Shown piece after piece: positions 54,150 to 64,000 of a stretch of DNA of 64,000 bases. The position numbers were made by a program, and so were the translations under genes. This DNA is from Chrysomallon squamiferum (taxonomy: Eukaryota > Animalia > Mollusca). The stretch lies in NCBI GenBank assembly GCA_012295275.1, contig CM022677.1:2480001-2544000 (forward strand). Reading direction: 5' to 3'. Each line of letters begins with the position of its first letter. Position 1 is the stretch's first letter. Below the pieces are notes generated by a model. The model saw only the letters and a list, made by a program, of their open reading frames with translations. It made no database searches and was not told the origin of the DNA.

Positions 54150-55345
54150 ACTGACTCGCCAACTGATAGATTTGCTGACACATATTTTTAAAATTATACA
54201 TTTTCTTGACACAAGGAAGTAAACTGGTTCTGGCTGGAGTGGGCTGTTTGGAATGTGAACTTTCTGTTCAAAGTTACAAAAAAAATGGCAGACTGTAGCA
54301 GGAAATGAACTGGGATGATGTTGACCAACACAGGTTATATCAGCTGCAGAAATTATAATTTTACACTTGTCTACCAAATTGTTACAACTTTTCCTTCTGC
54401 TTCCACAATGTGTAGATGCTCAAATTGCTCTCCAAACACTCTCATTTTCTCTTCTGCTGGAAGACTGGCAGTTTGCTCTATCTTCTCACTGTTTGCACTG
54501 CCAGCAGAGATCTGTTTTGGGACAATAAAAGGAACACAAATGATAAATGATGACCTAAAAAGGATTAAAAATCAGTGTCAGTGACATTAAACCGACAAGA
54601 CAAACTGAAGAAGACAGCTTTTTCTTAAAAATAAAAATGAAAACAAAATTTTAAATGACAAACAAAAACATACTGCAATATAAAATCAGTTAATCTAAGA
54701 ATTCATAGAATATCCTTAAAATTATATTTACTCATTTAAATATGTTTCAGAACAGATTCCAGTAAATATCACTTAATCTGTTACAAAAATTACACTTTAT
54801 TCAAATGAATTCTTACCATGTGCAATAGCAGTCTGTTGATACTCCCTCCAAAGAGAAGATTTAGTCTCACATGCAGACAGTATTTTCAAATCACTCACTT
54901 TGAATCCTGCAACTGACTCAGTCAAAATTAGTCATAATCTTGAGGAAAATGCTGCAGAAATTGAACTATCCTTTCTCTGTCTTCACATGTAAAAGTGTGT
55001 AAATTAATTTTCTTCTGCAAGATTTCTTTTCTCTCTTGGCGTTACCATTCAGTCTGCAATGCTTCAATAAAGCTGTGAGTTTGCTCTGACTTATGCTGTT
55101 AACAAACAATAAAAGATATAAGCAGACACCTATAAACCCCCCACAAACACAGACATACACAAACACACACAAACACACACACATTCAAATGTACCCTATA
55201 AAAATGAAGGAGAAATTACAAATTAACTGCTGCTGAAATAGAAAAAAAAATACTAATGAAAAAACCCATACAAGTTCTCTCTGCTTTGTTCATTGAAATC
55301 TTTTGTAGACTTGCCAGAAGTATCATATCCTTTTCAGATGCAAAA
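54150..55345 (-). mobile_element. Intron-containing Sola-like transposase pseudogene, copy 2 (diverged, 3'-truncated)
   Basis: A probable exon at ~55195-55345 reads EKDMILLASL. Exon 54817-55095 (ag|...|gtaaga) reads ISQSKLTALLKHC..ERIVQFLQHF. The exon from 54554 reads PKTDLCWQCKQ..QKVHIPNSPLQPEPVYFLVSRKC. Intron positions are the same as in copy 1. Confidence 0.75.
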
Positions 55346-55661
55346 CAAAAACAAATCTAAATTCTTATAACACTGATACAGTGGTAAATTATTTGAAATA
55401 ACTGTCCTAATCCAGATGAAAAAAAATATATATAAAAATCATTTTAACGAGTCTTGTTTATCCAGGTAAAATATATTACAATAGATTTAACAATTAAACT
55501 TTTTTGATTTCCAAATTTAATTCTATAACTTATAAGTCTCTAAATAATATTACTCCAGAAGAACTTACTTTTTTTATCTTATGAATATCTATGACATTTT
55601 CAACTTGAGACAAATACCATGTCTTTCAAGCTGATGATTATTCACGTTATGTCACTAAGTA

Positions 55662-55918
55662 CAAGGCTTGAAATTAAAAAACAATAATTATGGGTTAGTC
55701 GCCCAAAAAATATTTTTTCGGTCATCTCTTTTTTTCTGTAAGTTATAACACAAGAGCAATTATTAATAATTTTATCGCAGATATTTATTTCACATAAAAG
55801 GTTTGCTCATAGTTCTATAAATTGGACGTATCGGCTTACCTTAATTTGCCAACATTTAAAATGAAATATGAAAATTCTTCATTAACTAAAATAGCCATAA
55901 CAAATTTCGACCTTCCCA

Positions 55919-55983
<65 letters not shown>

Positions 55984-56671
55984 GTTATAGGATTATACAC
56001 CTGGATTTTTCAAAAGAAATACAAATTAAAGCAAGTGAAATGACGACAGTGAGTAAAGTTTAGCGCGTGACAAAAACACGAAAATCAATAACGTTTCTCT
56101 ACAAAATAAGCAGGGATTCAACTTTTCTTTTTAGTATTGTTTAATTTAATTTTAATTTTAATTTATTTTTTATTCTGGGTAAGTAACCCTTCTGGAATAG
56201 AAAAGGAAAAACAGTAGCAAATACAAGGTTATAGAGTTATCTCCCAAGATAACTTGTTCCGTTAACCAACCGATAATTATTTAACTTAACGGTCTAAAAG
56301 TTCGTTAGATTTGTTGGCTGTCTTCACTTTAGCCAATTAATGCTTGAATTGAAAAGGAAAAACAATAGCAAACACTTGCTTATAGAGTTATCTCCTATGA
56401 TAACTTGCTCCGTTAACCAACCGATAATTCTTTAAGGTATGGGTTCGAAATGTTCTCTGGTTTCACTTTAGCATTAGTGTCTATAAATAGATGTCGGCAA
56501 ATAAGGTAAGCCGATACACCAACATGGAATTATGGGCAGTCCTTTTATGTGAATCAAATATTTGCTATAAAAATTTTTGGCGATAAACCCATAATTTTTT
56601 TAACACCCTAGTCGCCTAAACGGAACTTTGCTCGCATTTGGTGACCTGGCGATTGGTCATTTCGAACCCTG
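55662..56671. mobile_element. Non-autonomous DNA transposon (MITE-like, ~1 kb) with long imperfect inverted repeats
   Basis: Ends are TA|CAAGGCTTGAAAT and ATTTCGAACCCTG|TA. Inverted blocks are aattatgggttagtcgcc/ggcgataaacccataatt and cacataaaagg..gtatcggcttaccttaatttgcc/ggcaaataaggtaagccgatac..ccttttatgtg. There is an internal direct duplication at 56200-56285/56352-56435. Confidence 0.7.
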
Positions 56672-56836
56672 TATTAGAATGGACCAATGATTTTTTAAAA
56701 ATAAAAATAGGAATCTGATTGTTTTCATACATAATAGTACATATTTTAGAATCTGAATGCTTTTTGTTTTAACGAAAAGAGTGAAAACTTAATTTTAAAC
56801 ATAATTTTTTATACGGCCGGTTGACGGACCTTTAAT

Positions 56837-56867
<31 letters not shown>

Positions 56868-57483
56868 CTTTTCTAAAACTGCATCAAGCGTTTTAATGAA
56901 TGTAATCATTCAAAATACACGTAACCAATTTGTTTTCTTCGTGTAATACGACCTTTAATGCATTGAAAAAAGAAATAATAATTATCAAAAAAAACAAAAA
57001 CAAAAAAGGAACAGTCCGCTGTGGAGTTTTAGCAGAGTAACGTGTTCACATGGTATGTTCCCAAAATTGGCAGTCTCCAGATTAGGTAAGCGGTGAGGTG
57101 TTCTAATCCGCTTCCAGAAATGGGAAAACTGGTTTGAATAATTAAGGCTAATTTAGACGCATAGGGATAACGAGATGTGTGAAGAACAGATGGGGCGATT
57201 GACGAGATTAATGAAATTAATGTTATATCTCAGAAAAATTTGGAGACAGGAAATACTACTAGAAGAGAAGAACAAGCTCTTCCAGTATGTCACGTGTACC
57301 CGGGACACGGCTTCCTACTTGTCAGCTTGCGGTGGAGTGTTTTCTGGGACATTTCGTGTATAAAGTGTGACTGAATGTGCTTTCAAATTGTGGAAATGCC
57401 AGAATCGGGAATAAACCTTTCACATCATGGTACCTAATAAGAACAATCATCTTCATATTCATGCGCCGATGGTGTCTGTGAAA

Positions 57484-57535
<52 letters not shown>

Positions 57536-58249
57536 CTGACAAGAAATATATAGTACGATACGTGTACGAGATGATTTGCACTAATAAAGATAACGATGGT
57601 TGTTCATATTACCAAACCATTTTCAACATAATCAAAGTTTTCAAACTGAATTATTTTTCGTACAAATAAACTGAAATTATAATTCTGTAAAAGATTAACT
57701 TTTCCAGCTGTAAATGTTCCCCCTGTCAGAACGTAGCAGAAAAGAACATCCAGGTTTTACTTCTACGCATTAAATCAGCGAAATTTCTGGAGGATTTTTT
57801 CCGTGACATAATTTGTCCCGTTACGAGTTATCGTTCCTTTTGGTCCATTCTACCTGCATCTTTTCTTTCAGATTAAGAAATCTGTTTGTAATATAATTGT
57901 TATTTTAATATTGTTTAAATATTTCAGACAGAGCATGTGACTAATTACATCTCAGAAAAATGTCCACAGATACTGAATTCAAATGATATAGTCACTATTG
58001 AGCCACCACATGTAACATCTACTGTACTATTGTCAGATACCCAGTCTGATCATCTTCCAGACGACACAGATTTCCCCACTGTCATAGCCGTAACCCAGCA
58101 TTAAATTTTCCCAAACATCTCCCCAATAAGGATAATCAGTTTTGTAAACCGTAAGTGAGAATGTTGATCGGGTGTTCCATTTACTTGTTGCCCTTGTATT
58201 GAGAGCGGGATGTGAATATGACAGCTGGATGTGAATATGACAGCTGATG

Positions 58250-58400
58250 TAAATGCTGCTCCTGTAAGACGCTCATCTAGGTTACGAGATGGTCAGCTTA
58301 TTAATCCTCATAACCTACCCCTCTCTCCAGTTGCCGAGGATGGCAACATTCTAAGTTGTATGGTCATGTGACAAGACCATATATGGTAACTGCTGCCTGG
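58250..58400 (+). mobile_element. Possible Gypsy pol C-terminal tail and start of 3' LTR
   Basis: APVRRSSRLRDGQLINPHNLPL resembles the RRxxR..G...NPHxLP tail I recall from some Gypsy pol ORFs. It is followed by the hairpin ttgcc-gaggat-ggcaa and TGTGACA. There is no clear polypurine tract. Confidence 0.35.
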
Positions 58401-59254
58401 AATTTAAGGGCAGACATTCGCAGAGAGCAAAAGACTGGTGTTCTACTCATTATTCTTTTTCGTTTTTTATTGGCTGTCATTCTTATTTTCTAACGGTGCC
58501 CATCCAATATTAGAATATGTTATTAATATTTCTATCAATTTCGCCATCGTTGAGTTGACAGCGGCCCTAGCTTTATTGCGAGTATTCCTTTTTATTCTTT
58601 AGCGCTTTTAATTAAGTATTCCTCGTACTTTCAGAGCGGGCGCATCACCTATTAAAATATATTATTAATATTTCCATTAATGTCGCCGTCGTTGCCGTCG
58701 TACCAGCATTGTTCTTAACGTCTTGGTGTACTACTCGTTATTCGTTTTCGCTTTTTGTTCGCTATTGTTGTTATTTCGTGACAGTGCACGTCCTATATAT
58801 CTTATATCTGTATGAACCAAAGTATAATTAAACAAATAAGATAATCCTGGGTTTCTTTATAACCACGTTTCTTCTTATTATTATTCAAATGAATAGCCAA
58901 ATTAAATTTCACATTTAATTATTCATATATTTAAAAATTCAGTCAGTATAAAGACAAATTTGCTTACCTTGCTTACAGCTGCACGAGTTGTGAAGAAAAC
59001 AGATAAATAATTTAACTTTAATAATTTATGAAGGACAAGGAACATTAGCTGAACAAGACTTGGTAATTATGTTATTACTGGTGATTTGGTTCCACATCTG
59101 CCCAGTGTCTCAACATGTCACTGAACAAAGGCCAATCAATTTATAATTAGTCCATGATGCCCATATTTAACACGACATGATTGAGGCTCTGTTTGTATCT
59201 GTGGACATCTATCAGCCTTTCTTATTCTCAAGAATATGCTTCTCTTTTATTTTG

Positions 59255-60060
59255 TTCTGTTTCAACTTGAGGACTACAATCACCACCACGCAATACATCA
59301 TTATTACATACTCTTCTTCTAGTCCGAGTCCTTGAACCATTGGGACCACATATTACTGAACATGTACTTGGTGGTATATAACCTGTCTAGGAACCCAAAA
59401 AGGACACATTGGTTTAGTACAAGGTACTCGGCTGGTGTTAGTTTGAGGAGATTTGGCACCACAACCGTTTTTGGTAGCAACATCATTGATGCAGATTCTG
59501 GTTATTGAAGCCGATCTTGTAATTCCTGTTCCATAGCTGGCAGATAAATCACCATATGTAAATTCGGACCATGGACCCGTGTATGGGCAAGTATATGCTT
59601 AGATTCTTGCTTAGTTTCGTTTTGAGGTTAAGTAGCACCACAAGCATTATTTTGGCCATTGTATTTATTGCAGATGCTCATCCGTCGTTCTGTCCACTGA
59701 CCACCAGGACCACATGTTACTGAACATGGAGTTATTGCTGTGAAGTCTGACCAAGTTGACCAGTGTGGCATGGTTTTGATGGACAAGCCACAACAGTTCT
59801 GTCTACATCAGGGGACTTTGCACACAACCAGTTTTAGATGGGATGTCATTCTGACACGTTCTTGTTCTTGTCTGAGTTCTGTTTATGTTATTACCACCAG
59901 AGATTTATCATTCGATGTAAATATATCCTGACAATGCTTCCCTGTTTGCTATTGATGTGTCTGGTTTCAGTAGCTGGTGAAAGTGAACAACAACCTGTTC
60001 GTTTAGCTGTAACGTTACTGCATACTCTCGATACCGTTGTCATTGTTACAGATTCTGATG
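59255..60060 (-). pseudogene. Multi-TSP1-repeat exon fragment (longer copy, ~4-5 repeats)
   Basis: Reads TQTRTRTCQND, WSTWSDFTAITPCSVTCGPGGQWTERR, CPYTGPWSEF..ITRICINDVATKNGCG and STCSVICGPNGSRTRTRRRVCNND, with stops and frameshifts. Confidence 0.85.
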
Positions 60061-60843
60061 CTGCGTGTTGTTTCGCTTTTTATAAACTATCGTACTGTGC
60101 GTACCCTATATTAAAAAAATATTATTATTATTACTATCACTGTCGCCGTCGTTGGCGTCGTGTCTGCGTTGACCTGCACGGTATTTATGTCTTTGTCATT
60201 ATTCTTTTGTGGTTTTTATTAACTGCTGACCTTAATTTCTTAGTGTGTAGATCCTATTTCAAAATATACTATTGCTATTTGTATTCATGTTGACGTCGTT
60301 GCCGTCTACCTGCGTTAACGTTATTAGTTTAATTATTATGCTGTCTTTTCATTAACTATTATTATCACTTGTTTAGTGTGCGCTTCCTGCATTACAATAT
60401 ATTATTATTACCAGTACTGTTAAAATGTAAAGTACTTTGTGTTCTGTTAATGACGATGTCATTGCCGTCGTGGCTGCATTGTTCTTAACGTTTTTGGTTT
60501 CCTTCTCTTTATCCTGTTGCGCATGTTAATAACGTTGTTAAACTTTCATATTTTATTATAGACGCCGTAGCTGGCGTCGTGTAGGAGTTGTTCTTCACGC
60601 TTTTGGAGTAGTTTTAATTATTCTGTTCCGCATTTTATTAAGTGTTATCCTCACTTTGTTAGTGTGCGCATCCCACATTAAAATATATTATTATTGTTTC
60701 TATTAATGTCGCCGAGGTTGCTGTCCTGTCTGCATTGTCCATAACATTTCTGAACTAGTTCTCGTTATTATGTTGCGCTTTTTATTAACTATTGTTCTTA
60801 CTTTCGTAGTGTGTGCACCCAATATTAAAATATATTATTATTA

Positions 60844-60887
<44 letters not shown>

Positions 60888-63800
60888 GTCGCCATCACTG
60901 GAGTCGTGCTGCGTTGTACTCCTAGTTATGTTGTCTTTTTCAGTAACTGTTATTTTTACTTTTATAGTGTTAAAATGTTTCAGATAATACCTTCCTTTTA
61001 TGACTGTCTGCTGATATTCATCATCAAGAAAATATAACTCTCTCTTTAGATAGATTCATCTCAGTATTACATATTTTCCTTTTACATACATGTATGTGAT
61101 TCAGCATGGCTTGGGTAATATTCTAGTGAGTGTTTGATGACTAAATGCATGTATTAACTTCTCAGAACGATTACTAAACCAAAAATAAAATAAATCACGG
61201 CCGTTTATACGACAAAATAAAAATAAATAAATAAAATAAATAAGAAAGAAAAAAAACTTCAGCTAACACTGTCTGTTTATACGACAAAACTCTGAGATGT
61301 TAGCAAAATTTTTAATGTTTGTTATGAATTCATCAAACCTGATCAAAAAGAATTCTCTGTCTTAGAAAAATGGAATATTTTATTATAAACGACATTAACG
61401 TTATGAATGATTTTGTGAAATTAACGTAAAACAGAAGCGTAATATTCGCTCAATCTAAATACGAATATGTTCTTTAGACGAAATATTAACATTACATTTA
61501 TATTCACGTTATTAAAATTTAATTTTAATGTGCGACATTTTCAATGAAAAATAGGATTCCTTCACCTGTTTTAGCTAAACAACACAGAATTGTAAAACAC
61601 ACACACACACTAAAACACATATTTTTATTTTTTCCCCAAATTAATGTCCTTCTCCTTGTATACTGAAAAATGATGGTCCTTCATATTAAGTTTTTTATTA
61701 TTAACAGAAACAGGACTATACCGAAAAGCGTTATATGCTAGATGAAGATTGTATTTTCATTGTATTGATGTTACTGTCAATATGTGATGTTTTTCTTTGT
61801 GTCCATGCTGAACATTAGATTCCGCGACATTTCGGCAACATCTCTTCTACATGAAATTACATCCACATAAAATCCACGCAGGTTATTTATCAAATTATTT
61901 AATTAAAATATATCTGTTTCACGGCAATTTTAAAAAGAACGGCCAATAAGAAATAATAGATATTTTTTATTTATGTCGGATTCTAGTACAACTAATTGTC
62001 ATAGCTTAATAAAAATCAAAATAATAAAAGTTGAACGTTGAAAACATCGATATTAAGGTGTTATTACGGTTGTCATTGTTCTATTGTTGACAAATATAAT
62101 AATATATTTTAATGATATTTACTGCCGGGTCAGAAAATATTAAAAATAATGTAATAAAGACAGCGAATAAAAAAAAAACATAAAGTATATTACACTGTAC
62201 AACTTGCGCTCATTTTGAAAATGAAAAAAAAAAATGACGAGGAAATAACTCTCAGATGTTTACATGCATATTAACAAAATCTTTAACATTTCGGCGTTCG
62301 AAAAATGACCGCTGTGAACGACGGCGACCTTTTTCTTTTTAATCACAATTAACATTTTCATTAACAATGGGTAAAATTATCCGCTCAAGTTCAACGTACA
62401 GTAAAATAACACCTTTTATTTACATTTAAAATTAGCTAAAATTATAATGAGACCTACTAAAACGGACGTTTTTAACAACGCCGTTATATATATACTGTTC
62501 GACGTCGAATCTCTAATATTGAATTAAAAAAACATACTCTGTATTTTCTAAAACAATGTGTTAATTTACCGCTACACCTCTGTTGAACAACTAAAAACGT
62601 CTCAATAATATATGATGGCTGTGTTAAAACTGCAATGTTATTTTTCTTGACGCCGTGTCAAGTATCTGTGTGTGTCTCTGTGTCTGCTGAACATTAATCT
62701 TACCTTTCAGCAAAATTTCAATGATCCATTTCGCCATCCAAACCAAAAATCAATGGTGTACATCAAGACGTTAAGAACAATACTGGAACGATGGCAATGA
62801 CGGCCTCATTAATAGAAATTTTTTAAATGTCGGATGTGAACACTTCTTAATAAAAAGTAGAATAAGTTGAACGTTGAAAACAACGCCGTTACGACGGTGA
62901 TGAAAACATTAAAAACGTAATAATTTTGTTTTAATTTTTTTCAGGACAGATGTTTTCAGAAAATATAAATTCCTGCGACAATAAAAAAAATAAAAGGAAT
63001 CTAGTGTGAGTTAACTTTAGGAACGGCGTTCGTTGGTGCAACGACATAACATTAATAGAAAAAGAAAATAACATATTTCAAACAAGATTCAACCTGTTTA
63101 TTTGAAGTTTGAGGAATGATTCATAAAAAAAAAATTTAAATAAATAAAAGAAAACCACTACGAAAGCTATAATTTTTAACGGCGACGATGTCAAGTTTAT
63201 CAAATTGTAACCTGGGTTCATTTCAGTTTGAACGAACACTAAAACAGGGCAAATAACTAATGAAGAATGAAAACATGATAAGCAAGAACAACGACAACAT
63301 AATGATAAAATAAAATAATACATTAATAATAAATTTGAACAAAGTAAAAAATCCAAAGTAAATATACATCTGGTAAAATTGTTCTGGACTATTCTCAAAA
63401 GTTCCATCACAGAAGTAGGTATCCGCATTCTAAAGGTGTCTTAGGTTATTCTAAATCTGTAACAAAGTAAAACCGAAAAAGAAAACTGAACATGTACACC
63501 AAGAAATTAAAACATTTACTGGAACCGGCAATGACGGCCTCATTCTGTAAGAATTTGTATTTTTTACGTAGGATGTATACTCATTTGTTACTTGTACATA
63601 GATATGTACATTTTTTTTTTTTTTTTTTTTTTCAGAGCAGATCCAGATTTATTATAAAATCCTAAACAATAAATTAAATTATTCTAGTTTTGTTACTTTT
63701 CATCTTTTATTTGGTGCATTAATATATAAATAAAAGAAGAAATTGTAGGATCCCAAAACAAAATAACAACACCGTTTACCTTTGAAGTTTACTGATCTAT

Positions 63801-64000
63801 CTATCTATCTATCTATCTATCTAAATAAAAAAATAAATAAAAAAAAAAACAAAATCGATTTAAAATTTTTATTTTATTTTTTTGAACATTAATTTAATAA
63901 TTTTTTGATTATTTTTTTTTTAGTATCTTATTTGCAGAAAAATGCGGGATGATTTCGGTCTTAGCGGATTTACTTTCTTGTTGGATGTTCGAAGAATAGT
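59482..64000 (+). repeat. Direct segmental duplicate of ~34925-39230 (clean to ~61900, scrambled afterwards)
   Basis: Near identity starts at atcattgatgcagattctgg (34925/59482). There is an extra ~150 bp at 60970-61120. The window end (63920-64000) matches 39150-39230. Confidence 0.9.

Overview
This is AT-rich, microsatellite-dense animal DNA, probably from an invertebrate (a mollusc-like lophotrochozoan is my inference). It is not prokaryotic, and it has a 200-N scaffold gap at 47089-47288. I found no intact protein-coding gene. The window is a mosaic of decayed gene fragments: six intron-separated exons of MCC (minus, 13.9-18.1 kb), a 70-bp EGFR kinase DFG fragment, an intronless prolyl 4-hydroxylase alpha pseudogene, two copies of a thrombospondin type-1 repeat exon, and many unidentified splice-flanked exon relics. 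Mobile-element remnants include two intron-containing Sola-like DDD transposase pseudogenes, a Gypsy RT/RNaseH, a mini-mariner and a ~1-kb MITE. Structural features are a ~14-kb imperfect palindrome (arms ~29.1-32.7 and ~38.3-43.2 kb), a direct duplication (34.9-39.2 vs 59.5-64 kb) whose end looks like an assembly-consensus chimera, and several satellites. The best lead is a Helitron-type 3' end (hairpin + 8 nt + CTAG|T) at 3971-4005 on the minus strand, with a long run of co-oriented exon relics upstream. This suggests a gene-capturing element or duplicon. All identifications come from manual translation and recalled motifs; no database searches were run.
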